A stretch of DNA of 64,000 bases from a virus. Taxonomy: Duplodnaviria; Caudoviricetes. How positions within the stretch are numbered: the first letter of the stretch is position 1; each line of letters begins with the position of its first letter. The position numbers and the translations under genes are program-made. The stretch covers positions 816-64,815 of IMG/VR virus record IMGVR_UViG_3300022682_000066. The stretch is one strand, 5' to 3'. The notes below the pieces were generated by a model, which was not told the origin of the DNA, did not search any database, and worked only from the letters and a program-made list of their open reading frames with translations. Positions 1 to 8,930 of this stretch are shown here, one piece after another.

Positions 1-182
1 TCGGGGCCGTTGATGATGTACTTTGCTCGGTTGCATTCGCGGGGCGGGGCGAAGAGGTACCCGCCGAATTTGTGAGCATGGCTGGGGGATTCCCAGGGGT
101 TGCGTTTCATTCTACGAACCTTTCGTTTGTGTCCTCGGCGTACCGTTCGTTTTTTCGGTTTTCTGGTAACTGATCGTGCCAT
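1..182 (-). CDS. partial hypothetical protein with basic N-terminus (runs off window start)
   Basis: ATG at 182 just after the thyX stop; open frame MARSVTRKPKKRTVRRGHKRKVRRMKRNPW... to position 1. Confidence 0.5.
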   Translation of the reverse strand, partial: MARSVTRKPKKRTVRRGHKRKVRRMKRNPWESPSHAHKFGGYLFAPPRECNRAKYIINGP

Positions 183-184
183 TG

Positions 185-946
185 TCACTGTTCCTTGTGC
201 TCGACCAGGTTACCGAACACCGCCGGGCACCGTTCTGCGAACTCTTCCAGCACTGGCAGCATGAGGGCTTGCATTTGCGGATGGGGTCTGCCGGTGGTGC
301 CTATGGCACGCAGCTTGAAGATGTGCCGCCACTCGCGGAAGTTGGCGGTGACGACGATCTCGGTTTTGAGGGAGTTAGGCAGCACTTCGCGGGCCTGCTG
401 GGGCTGCCAGCCCAATGAGAGCAGCTTGTTGTATTGCCGCTCGGCATGATGGCAGGCGGACAGAAATGCCTTGGTTGTCTTGTCTGCCGCATTGGTGATG
501 GTCTTCGGACTGATGTAGTCGTCAAAACGATCAGCGAACCACACCGGCCTGATGAACGCGATGTCGTCGCCGCCGTAGTTGACGTAGCGTGTGGACTCCT
601 GCCCGAAGGCGCAGAGCCGGTGCCGGACCAGTTCATGGGTGACGCCCCGGTTGGTGATGAACTTCACCGTGGCCGAGGCATGCTCGATCATGGCCTCATG
701 GCCGCGCTTGATGAGCATGCGGGCGAAGCGAGGCGCGGAGCCTTCCTGTCTCCCGGTGCCGAGACACTTCGGACAATCGCGCGAACCTGTCACTATCCCG
801 GGTCCGAGAACGTCGAACCCCTCGCAGTCACAATCCTGGTCCGTCGTGATGTGATCCTCGGACTTGTAGCAAGTCCGACCGGCGATCTCGATGCGCTCGA
901 TGCCGTCCATGTGCAGGATTTCGTGCCCCTGTTCGGTGATCTTCAT
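185..946 (-). CDS. thyX: FAD-dependent thymidylate synthase ThyX
   Basis: GHEAMIEH, THELVRHRLCAFGQESTRYV (RHRx7S motif), AREVLPNS, NFREWRHIFKLR; RBS AGGAG. Confidence 0.95.
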   Translation of the reverse strand: MKITEQGHEILHMDGIERIEIAGRTCYKSEDHITTDQDCDCEGFDVLGPGIVTGSRDCPKCLGTGRQEGSAPRFARMLIKRGHEAMIEHASATVKFITNRGVTHELVRHRLCAFGQESTRYVNYGGDDIAFIRPVWFADRFDDYISPKTITNAADKTTKAFLSACHHAERQYNKLLSLGWQPQQAREVLPNSLKTEIVVTANFREWRHIFKLRAIGTTGRPHPQMQALMLPVLEEFAERCPAVFGNLVEHKEQ

Positions 947-1021
947 TGATACTCCTCCCTTATTTTGCAGTTACGACTTCGGCTTCACGCCACTGGCTTT
1001 CCACGTCTCCCAACCGACGAT

Positions 1022-1070
1022 TATATCGAAACGGTCCATCATTCCTCCTCCCCGCGCAGGGCTTGGCGGG
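1022..1070. repeat. 49-bp direct repeat, copy 1
   Basis: tatatcgaaacggtccatcattcctcctccccgcgcagggcttggcggg, identical to 1925-1973. Confidence 0.95.
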
Positions 1071-1494
1071 CAATGTCGTCAGGATGATTTTTCGCATCCC
1101 ACGCAATATAAGGGCCACCAGGAACGTCGCACAGAACCGTCCAGTTGAGTGGGTCTGCTAAAAGTTCCAACGCCTTGCGGTATCGCTCTGCCCTTTCATT
1201 AACAAACCGGAGGGCACCTTCGTGAACGTATGGTTGCGGAAGGCCGCCACGCTTCCTGCACTCTGAAAGCTCGGACTCCAACTCAACCACCCGCTCCATC
1301 AGGGCGGGTACGACACTTAACAAAAATTCAACGCGCTCCACGTCAACAAGTGCTTTTTTCCAGTCAACGTGTGGGTCTGCATCACAGTCGTGATCATCAA
1401 GCAGGTGCTTCACGGCCTCTGACAACAGACGGACCACAAGGTGCCCAGGCGTAGCCGCGTCCAGGGCGTCGCGGATTTCTTTCAGGTCAGGCAT
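1039..1494 (-). CDS. hypothetical protein
   Basis: 151-aa ORF overlapping the upstream ORF by 8 nt, in operon orientation. Confidence 0.7.
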   Translation of the reverse strand: MPDLKEIRDALDAATPGHLVVRLLSEAVKHLLDDHDCDADPHVDWKKALVDVERVEFLLSVVPALMERVVELESELSECRKRGGLPQPYVHEGALRFVNERAERYRKALELLADPLNWTVLCDVPGGPYIAWDAKNHPDDIARQALRGEEE

Positions 1495-1945
1495 CTAATT
1501 TCTCCCTGTGCTTGGCGAGGAAGGCCAGGGCCTTTGTGACCTCACTGTCAAGCGCATCGGCAATGGCTACCAGCGGGGGCAGGCTGCAAATGCCATGCAC
1601 TAGCGTGTTGACGGATGTAATCGCCTCGTTCAGTTCAGCGCGGAGGGTGGTGTTTTCCTCCTCAAGCTTGGTGATGTGGTTGCGGAGGTCGTTACATAAT
1701 CTCTCAGAGAATCTCCGCTCACCTACTAACATTCCACGCTGATTTTTGTTCTTCTCCACCAGATCCTCCACCCGCCCCACCAGGGCGCGGAGGGTACTGA
1801 TAGCCTCACGTTCGGCCTCAAGCTCGGTGATGCGCTGCTGACAATCAGAAAACCGGATATACTTTCCGTTTGATTTGTGGACCAGAAATGCACAATTCCC
1901 GCCGTATTCTGTATCTTTTACTTCTATATCGAAACGGTCCATCAT
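1487..1945 (-). CDS. hypothetical coiled-coil protein
   Basis: 152 aa, GGAGGA RBS, heptad-rich middle. Confidence 0.7.
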   Translation of the reverse strand: MMDRFDIEVKDTEYGGNCAFLVHKSNGKYIRFSDCQQRITELEAEREAISTLRALVGRVEDLVEKNKNQRGMLVGERRFSERLCNDLRNHITKLEEENTTLRAELNEAITSVNTLVHGICSLPPLVAIADALDSEVTKALAFLAKHREKLDA

Positions 1946-1973
1946 TCCTCCTCCCCGCGCAGGGCTTGGCGGG
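1925..1973. repeat. 49-bp direct repeat, copy 2
   Basis: exact match to 1022-1070; contains the RBS and first 7 codons (MMDRFDI) on the - strand. Confidence 0.95.
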
Positions 1974-1987
1974 TTACTTGTTCTCCC

Positions 1988-2015
1988 ATTATACGGTATG
2001 AGTGTTGGGTTTCTA
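1988..2015 (-). promoter_or_regulatory. putative phage promoter, TAGAAA-N14-CGTATAAT
   Basis: same bipartite motif and spacing at 48038, 58367 and 59534, each at a gene junction upstream of a - strand gene. Confidence 0.7.
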
Positions 2016-4139
2016 TGCAGCCTGCTTGAGGCGGCGTTTGAGAAGGGCGGTTAGCAACGCGGATGTTTTGACGTCCTTTCCGTCCAGGATGCTGGTCACT
2101 ATCTTGTTCTTCTCGTCGATTAATTCGGCGATTTCTTCTTCGATAGTGCGCTCGGCAATAAGGTAGTAGGCCATTACCTTGTCAGCTTCCTGTCCAATTC
2201 GGTGAACTCGATCTTCCGCTTGGTGATGCTTGCTCGGTGTCCAGGCGAGTTCTAAGGTGCAGGTGTCAGAAGCAGCCGTAAGGGTGATTCCTACTCCGGC
2301 CGCATGAAGGTTTCCGATGAATAAGCGGATGCCGTCGTCTTCTTGGAAACGGTCGATCGCAGTTTGCCTGTCTTTTTGTTTGGTGCGTCCGTCGAGGGTG
2401 ACTGCAATGTCGCCGAAGGCCTCTTTGAGTGTGTCGATTGTTTTGTGATGGACTGCAAAGACAACGAGCTTCTTACCCGAGGTGTCCAGATAGTCGTTAA
2501 TCCAATCGATTGCCGCTTTGAGCTTGCCTTCGACAGCGATTTGTTTCAGGGTGTTGGTCTGTACCAGTGCTCCTGCCATTATTAAGCTCTTAAGGGAATC
2601 CTTACCCTTGTTTTCGTGCAGCCATATCGCGAAGTTTTTCTCGGCTTTTTCGTATTCCTTTCGGTTGTCGATTTCGAGGACGGTGACGCTTCTCCGCTTG
2701 GGTGGGAGGTCTTTGAGTACGTCCTTCTTAAGTCGTCGGATCATGACATGCTTGACGAGTTTGTGGAGCTCTTCTACATTCGAGGCCCCCTTGAAGTCCC
2801 AGCCGTACCCGTTGTTGGCGGCTCCGCAGAAGCGTTGGGCGTAGTCCCAGAAGTTGGGGAAAAGTCCGGGGGCAATGAGGTTGAGTGCAGGGAAGAATTC
2901 GACAGGGCGATTTTCAATAGGAGTGCCGGAGAGCCCGAATATGTGAGGCACACCGCTGCAGATGTTTCTTACTGCTTGCGTTCGTTGGGCCTTTCGGTCC
3001 TTGATCATTTGGACTTCATCGAGAACGACAACCTTTGCCTTGGGGAGGAAATCTTCCCAGCCTGTGCCGGGACTGATTTCGGTGGTTTTGCGTCCCAGCG
3101 CATCTTTGATGGTCTTCCGTTTGTTGGCGAGAATGTCGTAGTTGATGATGATGATCGGGCCGTGGCCAAGGAAGCTCTTAGAGACCTGGTGCTTCCGCCA
3201 TTGCTCCTTGTTCTTCCCCTTGGGTCTGCCGTTGATGACGTAGAGGTCGGGGGCTTGGGTCCAGGTTTGGGCTTCCCGTGCCCAGTTGATTTTGAGGGTT
3301 GCCGGCACAATGATGATTGCCGGGCGGGCTTCCTTGTGGATTTCGAGCCAAGCGAGCGCCTGGGGTGTTTTCCCGAGGCCCATTTCGTCCCCGATAATGG
3401 CGTTACCTTCCTTGGCATGCACGAACTTGACGCCGTCTCGTTGATAGTCGTACAGGGTATTCGGGAGTTCCAGGCGGATGCGGTCGAGTTGAACATCTTC
3501 GATCAATCGATCGTACTTTTCCTGCACGTTCTTATCTATCTCGAAGTCGAGTTCGATCAGTCGCTGCACGGCTTGAACAGAGAATGCAACTTCCCAATAC
3601 CGCTTGGCCTTGATCCAGCGGCGGCGGGGGAGGCGCTTGATTTCGGCGAGGAGGGTGGCGTCGAAGGGGAAGGTGACTTTGATCTTCGTCCCGGCCCCGT
3701 CTACGAACGAGACCTGCTTGGTCGGTGCAGGTTGGTCGGTCTTTTTGCGGGTGTTCATCGGGTGGTTGCGGGGGATTGCAACCCGTTCGGTTGTGGGGTA
3801 TTCGTTCATGATGCAGGACTTGGGCACCCAGCCGTCGACGATGATGTCATACACCATCTTCTTGAGCTGCTCGGCGTGGGCTTCGGTGAAGCCGTAGGGA
3901 CCGAGAACCGACTCGTCCCAGTAATGACCTCCGCACTCGGGGCCGATTCCGACGAGTCGGGAGACGGGGTGGGTGAGACTCCGCCCGCAACGAATACAAC
4001 GTACCGCCCCTTCCACAGAGCCGTGTCCATAGAGGTACACGGCTTTCGCGGTTTCGCGCAGTACGGTGGCCACGACGTTGGTGGGGATGTTCTTCGCGCG
4101 AGCGAAGCCGACACGGATTTCATATCGTTTGACTTGCAT
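2013..4139 (-). CDS. SNF2/SWI2-family helicase with N-terminal Zn-ribbon (DUF6011-like)
   Basis: GDEMGLGKT, LDEVQ, LSGTPIENRP, QAEDRVHRIGQ; N-terminal CIRCGRSLTHPVSRLVGIGPEC; ATG 4139 has AAGGAG RBS. Confidence 0.92.
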   Translation of the reverse strand: MQVKRYEIRVGFARAKNIPTNVVATVLRETAKAVYLYGHGSVEGAVRCIRCGRSLTHPVSRLVGIGPECGGHYWDESVLGPYGFTEAHAEQLKKMVYDIIVDGWVPKSCIMNEYPTTERVAIPRNHPMNTRKKTDQPAPTKQVSFVDGAGTKIKVTFPFDATLLAEIKRLPRRRWIKAKRYWEVAFSVQAVQRLIELDFEIDKNVQEKYDRLIEDVQLDRIRLELPNTLYDYQRDGVKFVHAKEGNAIIGDEMGLGKTPQALAWLEIHKEARPAIIIVPATLKINWAREAQTWTQAPDLYVINGRPKGKNKEQWRKHQVSKSFLGHGPIIIINYDILANKRKTIKDALGRKTTEISPGTGWEDFLPKAKVVVLDEVQMIKDRKAQRTQAVRNICSGVPHIFGLSGTPIENRPVEFFPALNLIAPGLFPNFWDYAQRFCGAANNGYGWDFKGASNVEELHKLVKHVMIRRLKKDVLKDLPPKRRSVTVLEIDNRKEYEKAEKNFAIWLHENKGKDSLKSLIMAGALVQTNTLKQIAVEGKLKAAIDWINDYLDTSGKKLVVFAVHHKTIDTLKEAFGDIAVTLDGRTKQKDRQTAIDRFQEDDGIRLFIGNLHAAGVGITLTAASDTCTLELAWTPSKHHQAEDRVHRIGQEADKVMAYYLIAERTIEEEIAELIDEKNKIVTSILDGKDVKTSALLTALLKRRLKQAA

Positions 4140-4186
4140 GGTGTTCTCCTTTGTCCCTTTTGTGGGGTTGGAGTTTGTGGTGCGTT

Positions 4187-4681
4187 CTATAGGTATTTGA
4201 CGGCTTGACGTATCTCGCGCAGGGCTCCCCATGTCCGGCCGGGAGGTAGTTCGCTTCTACGAGCGAGTTCCCCCCGTGCAACGCGGACTTTGATGCCTGT
4301 GTGTTTGGCAGTTGCCGCGGCTAGTATTTCGTCGGGGCTATTGAATAGGATTGTGAGAATTGTACGAGCATCTTCCGACAATCGATTGATTGTCTCTCGG
4401 AAGATGCAGATGCGCTCAGGGTCGTGGCGCAGATCAGCCACAGAATGCCAGAACTCCTCAGGGGCCTGCACTGTCCTTGTTTGCTTACGGCACCAGTGAA
4501 TCAAGTAGTTCTTCACGCTGACGTAAAGCCAGGAGTGGAATTTGGCCTCGCTGTTTTTGCGGTATTTGTGTTCGATCTCGTAAGAGCGGGCTACCGCCTC
4601 GTTGAGTATCTCGTCGGCTTCAAGGTTGTAGCTCGCTGCTAGGCTGTTTGCCAGGCGGGCGAAAAAGCGTCTGCGATCCAT
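4187..4681 (-). CDS. phage-encoded sigma-70/ECF-like sigma factor
   Basis: region-2-like ADEILNEA...AKFHSWLYVSVKNYLIHWCRK; region-4-like INRLSEDAR; upstream alternative start at 4708. Confidence 0.7.
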   Translation of the reverse strand: MDRRRFFARLANSLAASYNLEADEILNEAVARSYEIEHKYRKNSEAKFHSWLYVSVKNYLIHWCRKQTRTVQAPEEFWHSVADLRHDPERICIFRETINRLSEDARTILTILFNSPDEILAAATAKHTGIKVRVARGELARRSELPPGRTWGALREIRQAVKYL

Positions 4682-4686
4682 ATGCT

Positions 4687-5004
4687 CTACCGCCCTTCCC
4701 AACCCCAATGAGCCTCAACGACGAGGGTCAGGGGCTTGGGCTGTCGTTCTAGGAAGTGCATCACGTGAGCACGGAAGCGACCGTCCTTTCTGAACAGGTT
4801 GTTGGGGTCGAACAGACCGATGTCTGCGATCAAGCGAATGCCGTCTTTGCTCTCGTATGCGATGATACGAAGGGTTTTCTGGTTGTCCCCCACCCAGTCA
4901 GGGATGTCGGGGTCTTTGTGTTGAAGGACTTCTTTTGCTGTGCGGGCGACTTCGAGCGGTCGCTTGTACTGTCTCACAAAGCGAAGCCAGGGCTTGGTTG
5001 CCAT
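4687..5004 (-). CDS. hypothetical protein
   Basis: ATG 5004 (MATKPW) with AAGGAG RBS. Confidence 0.65.
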   Translation of the reverse strand: MATKPWLRFVRQYKRPLEVARTAKEVLQHKDPDIPDWVGDNQKTLRIIAYESKDGIRLIADIGLFDPNNLFRKDGRFRAHVMHFLERQPKPLTLVVEAHWGWEGR

Positions 5005-5005
5005 T

Positions 5006-5263
5006 TTAGATCTCCTTGTAGAAGTTGAAATCTTCGATTCTGTCGGTCGGGACGAAGCCTTCGCGGTAGACTTCGGCGAAGGCCAGGCGGACGCAACGGT
5101 CGCCACTGCCATTGTCGTACCGTCCTTCGTGAACGACGACTGCGTGGTTGTGCGTGGTGGCTGACCCGACGCTACCAGTTGCCAGTGCCATGACGATTGT
5201 TTCGTCGATGAGCTCCGGAGAGCTGTCCTTGTGTGCGTACCAACGGGTTACCTTGCGAGGCAT
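5006..5263 (-). CDS. hypothetical protein
   Basis: 85 aa, AGGAGG RBS. Confidence 0.65.
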   Translation of the reverse strand: MPRKVTRWYAHKDSSPELIDETIVMALATGSVGSATTHNHAVVVHEGRYDNGSGDRCVRLAFAEVYREGFVPTDRIEDFNFYKEI

Positions 5264-5278
5264 TGGATCTCCTCCTTG

Positions 5279-5572
5279 TTAGTAGATGCGAGCCTCGATG
5301 ATGTCGAAGATGGTGTTGACGCCCTTCTCGGTGAGCCAGAAGATGTCGGCAGGCTCTCCATTCACTCCGTCCATATCCATGTAGCCCATGCCCTTCTGCT
5401 CCAGGCTGGAGATAAGGCCCCCGGCTTGCTGGGCGTTCCAGCCGAATTCGGCCATGATCTCGCGGACGCCGCCATTGCTGAAGTTGTCGCTCAGCTGATT
5501 CTCGCGGTTGTCGTAGTTGAGGCAGATTTCCAGGAAGCGGATTTCGTTGTCGGTCAGATTGATATTACTCAT
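5279..5572 (-). CDS. hypothetical protein, possible winged-helix
   Basis: 97 aa; GGLISSLEQKGMG...WLTEKG resembles a wHTH recognition helix and wing. Confidence 0.6.
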   Translation of the reverse strand: MSNINLTDNEIRFLEICLNYDNRENQLSDNFSNGGVREIMAEFGWNAQQAGGLISSLEQKGMGYMDMDGVNGEPADIFWLTEKGVNTIFDIIEARIY

Positions 5573-5600
5573 TGTATGCTCCTTTCGTTTTCTTGTGTCG

Positions 5601-5855
5601 TTAGAAAGATTCGCGGAAGGCTTGCTCGAAGGGAATGATTCCCATTGTGCGCTCTCGATCTTCGTCGGCGCGGGCTTCCCAATAGCCTCTATCCTCTAGG
5701 TGGCGTTCGTAAGCCTCCTCGGCAGCAATGTCTGCCATTTGTTCGTCGGCAAGCATTTCTGCTTCTTGTTGACTGCCGGGGTCTTCAAATCCGAGGGCAT
5801 TGGCTTCGTTGGCCAGGGGTGTGTAAATCTCATGATAGAATTGAAGGGTGTTCAT
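5601..5855 (-). CDS. acidic hypothetical early protein
   Basis: 84 aa, AGGAGAACATC-ATG. Confidence 0.65.
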   Translation of the reverse strand: MNTLQFYHEIYTPLANEANALGFEDPGSQQEAEMLADEQMADIAAEEAYERHLEDRGYWEARADEDRERTMGIIPFEQAFRESF

Positions 5856-5864
5856 GATGTTCTC

Positions 5865-6080
5865 CTAGCAGAAGTGAAACATTTCTTCGTGGGCGGGGTC
5901 GATGCCTAGCTCGAGGGCACGTTCGTAAAGGACGTAATCCTCCAGCACAACCAGTTCCGAGATATGGTATGTCGTTACCGTACCGTCGGGGAGCTCGACA
6001 GCCTGGAATTCGCTATCGGGGTTCATCGAAATACCTGCCGCGTAGACTTCTGCCACGTTAGGGTCGATCAGAACGTACAT
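5865..6080 (-). CDS. acidic hypothetical early protein
   Basis: ATG 6080 (MYVLIDP) with the same AGGAGAACATC-ATG as the next gene. Confidence 0.65.
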   Translation of the reverse strand: MYVLIDPNVAEVYAAGISMNPDSEFQAVELPDGTVTTYHISELVVLEDYVLYERALELGIDPAHEEMFHFC

Positions 6081-6382
6081 GATGTTCTCCTTTGTCTCGA
6101 ATATTGTGAGGTCGGAAAATGTTTTCTGGTTGAGAGTCGCAGACCAGCTAACTGCTCCCGTACGTTTCGGCCGCCTCCCCGAAGGAGGCTGATCAGCGTC
6201 GATGGTATCTATTTGCCCGCCCGCTGACTGGGTGTTCGGATTGTGGTTGCTGTGCGCGGTGTGCGAAGCCGCCCCCTGGGTCACCTTATCAAACCTAGCT
6301 AGGGTTACGCTTGGAGCCTTGCCGGCGTTTCACTTCCGGGTGATGCTCTCCGACCTCCCGACGGGCCTTGTGCGTCAGCTTA

Positions 6383-6411
6383 CATATAGTACATCTGGTA
6401 TGCGGAGTCAA
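6383..6411 (-). promoter_or_regulatory. possible host sigma70-type early promoter
   Basis: - strand TTGACT...TACTATAT preceded by an A/T-rich UP-like tract; spacing is imperfect. Confidence 0.4.
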
Positions 6412-6594
6412 GCCTTTTACCTTAAAAAAGGTGAAAAAAGTTTTGTGGTATTTTATGGCTTCAAAGCGTTGCTATCATTACGCCTATGCCTAGCACGAAC
6501 CCCCATATCCAGGAAAAACCATATACATGCCTCCCCCGCAGCCCATATATATGCTCGCGTCGGGGGCCAGCTATCAAAGGAGAGGTCGAAATCA

Positions 6595-7299
6595 ATGTCA
6601 AAGAAGCGTAGAGTGAATCGAAAGGCCGCATCCGGCCCTCGTCGTGCGAAGCCACACCGCACGACACCCCTGCCTAACAAGCCCGAGATCAGACTCGACG
6701 ATGACAAGCTGACTCCCCGCCAGCAACTCTTTGCTCAAGAGTATATCGTGGACCTCAACGGAACCCAGGCCGCTCTCCGTGCCGGCTACAAACCCAGCAC
6801 CGCCCATCAAGCAGCCTGCGTCAATCTTCAAAAAGGCCATGTTCTCAAAGCGATCAAAGACGCAATGGACGCACGGGCAGCCCGTACAGCAATTACCGCG
6901 GATCGGGTACTACGCGAGTTAGGACGGATTGGCTTTTGTGATCCAAAGGCCTTTTACGACGACACGGGTGATGTACGGGCGGTAGGCTCTTTGGGTCGGG
7001 ATCACCGGGCGGCTATACAGCAAATGAAAATTCACGTTGAGAAGAGTGAAGACGGGGAGGCCGCAGTCTACGTCAAGTCAATCAAGTTCCACTCCAAGCT
7101 GAAGGCTCTGGAGATGATCGCCAAGCACCTCGGGATCATGCAGGAGCGGTTCGAGCTCATTGAACGCAGTGAACACACCCACACCTTCAAGTTGGACTAC
7201 ACGGACTTGAGTCAGGAGGAGATGCAGGTCCTGCTCAAGCTGATCGGCGCCAAGTATCTCTCGGAGGAGGACGTATGTCCAAACCTGCCACGGCAGTAG
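6595..7299 (+). CDS. terS: terminase small subunit
   Basis: LTPRQQLFAQEYIVDLNGTQAALRAGY...ITADRVLREL...KLKALEMIAKHLG; AGGAG RBS before ATG 6595. Confidence 0.93.
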   Translation: MSKKRRVNRKAASGPRRAKPHRTTPLPNKPEIRLDDDKLTPRQQLFAQEYIVDLNGTQAALRAGYKPSTAHQAACVNLQKGHVLKAIKDAMDARAARTAITADRVLRELGRIGFCDPKAFYDDTGDVRAVGSLGRDHRAAIQQMKIHVEKSEDGEAAVYVKSIKFHSKLKALEMIAKHLGIMQERFELIERSEHTHTFKLDYTDLSQEEMQVLLKLIGAKYLSEEDVCPNLPRQ

Positions 7300-8930
7300 C
7301 TGAAACGCTGAACAGAGGGGAGATCCTGAACGGACTGCTCTCCCAGGCGATCCAGACCCCGGAAGAAGTTCAAGCCGAGGCCTGTCGTCGTTCTCTGTTT
7401 ACGTTTGTGCAGGTTTTCTGGTCAACGATTATTCAGACAGCGCCTGTCTGGAATTGGCATATCGCGTATCTCTGTCGTGTGATACAGGACACGATCACTC
7501 GTGCGGCGCAGGGCCTCCCCAAGGAACACGATGTTCTGATCAATATCCCTCCTGGTACAACCAAGTCCACCCTCGTTACTCAGATGGCGCCTGCTTGGGC
7601 GTGGACGAGGTGGGCGTGGTTGCGGTTTATTTGCGGTAGCTATTCCGGAGATCTTTCAACGGAGCATGGCGGTCTTTGCAAAGACATCGTTGAGTCTGCT
7701 CAATACAGGGCCTTATTCCCTGACATCAAGATCCGCGTCAATCACGATGCCCGTTCCAATTTCAGAATCGCAGATATCAAGACTTACAATCCCGATACCC
7801 AGCAGATCGAGATTATTCGGGGCGGCCAGCGGACATCTTGTTCCGTAGGCGGTACCGTTACAGGTAAGCACGCTCACGTCATCCTCGTCGATGACCCGCT
7901 GAATCCAAAGCAGGCGGCTTCTGAGATACAGACCGAGACGGCCAACAACTGGTTGGACAGCACACTTTCCACGCGAAAGGTCGATAAGGCCGTCGTCCCC
8001 ACTATCCAGGTGATGCAGCGCCTGGCGGAGAACGATTGCTCCGGTCACTGGCTTCAGAAGGACGGTAAACGCCTTCTTCATATTTGTTTGCCGGGTTTCA
8101 TTCGAGACGATCGTTTCAAGTCGGACGCCGAGGAAGATGAGGGGCCTGTTGAGTATGAGGTCACGCCCGCCATTCTGAAAAACTATTACAAGGATAATTT
8201 GCTTGATCCAGTCCGCATGCCGTGGGATGTGATCGATGAAATGTATATCGACTTTGGTCCTCTGAGTTTCGCCGGGCAAGTGGGGCAGGACCCGAGCCCG
8301 CCCGAAGGCGGCATGTTTAAGATTAACCGTCTCAGAAAGCGTATTGTTGACGTCCCGCCTTTCAAGATCAAGCAGGTCGTTCGTTATTGGGACAAGGCTG
8401 GCACAGAGGGTGGCGGGGCGTTCACTGCGGGTGGGCAGCTCGCTGAAATGGAGAACGGCGGTTTCCTCATCATGCACATGGTGAAGGGACAGTGGGGTCC
8501 GGACACTCGCGAAGCGAAGATGCGCCAGATTGCTGATAACGACGGCCCTGGTGTTCGTACTTGGGTGGAGCAGGAGCCCGGGAGCGGCGGCAAAGACAGT
8601 ACACTCTCCAGTATTCGTAATCTTGTCGGTCACGCAGTTTACGCCGACCGGCCTACAGGGGACAAGGTTGTCAGGGCGGATCCCCTGGCTGCTCAAGTCA
8701 ATATCGGAAACGTCTGGATGCTTCGGGGCGACTGGAATGAAGCCCTTCTCGACGAGATGCGGCTCTTTCCCCTGAGCAAGTACAAGGACCAGATAGACTC
8801 CTTGTCTGGCGCCTACGCCAAGCTCTTGCAGGGGCGTAGGGCTGGGGCGTTGCGGACTCAGGCAGAGATTAGCATGAGCCAGAAGAGTCGGGGAGCCAAG
8901 AGGAAAGCCAAGCGGAGGAATCGCAAGTGA
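7275..8930 (+). CDS. terL: terminase large subunit
   Basis: INIPPGTTKS Walker A, ILVDDP Walker B, YWDKA nuclease Asp, KDQIDS. Confidence 0.95.
   Translation: MSKPATAVAETLNRGEILNGLLSQAIQTPEEVQAEACRRSLFTFVQVFWSTIIQTAPVWNWHIAYLCRVIQDTITRAAQGLPKEHDVLINIPPGTTKSTLVTQMAPAWAWTRWAWLRFICGSYSGDLSTEHGGLCKDIVESAQYRALFPDIKIRVNHDARSNFRIADIKTYNPDTQQIEIIRGGQRTSCSVGGTVTGKHAHVILVDDPLNPKQAASEIQTETANNWLDSTLSTRKVDKAVVPTIQVMQRLAENDCSGHWLQKDGKRLLHICLPGFIRDDRFKSDAEEDEGPVEYEVTPAILKNYYKDNLLDPVRMPWDVIDEMYIDFGPLSFAGQVGQDPSPPEGGMFKINRLRKRIVDVPPFKIKQVVRYWDKAGTEGGGAFTAGGQLAEMENGGFLIMHMVKGQWGPDTREAKMRQIADNDGPGVRTWVEQEPGSGGKDSTLSSIRNLVGHAVYADRPTGDKVVRADPLAAQVNIGNVWMLRGDWNEALLDEMRLFPLSKYKDQIDSLSGAYAKLLQGRRAGALRTQAEISMSQKSRGAKRKAKRRNRK

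Noticed and set aside
2616-4208. 530-aa + strand ORF opposite the SNF2 helicase
   Set aside because: Antisense shadow; the - strand frame has all helicase motifs
6155-6200. Hammerhead-like CTGA...stem...GAAAC on the - strand
   Set aside because: Core reads CUGAUCA rather than CUGANGA, extra bases precede GAAA, and stems I and III could not be formed
6202-6594. 131-codon N-terminal extension of TerS in the ORF track
   Set aside because: The RBS and family similarity start at ATG 6595; the extension crosses the divergent regulatory region
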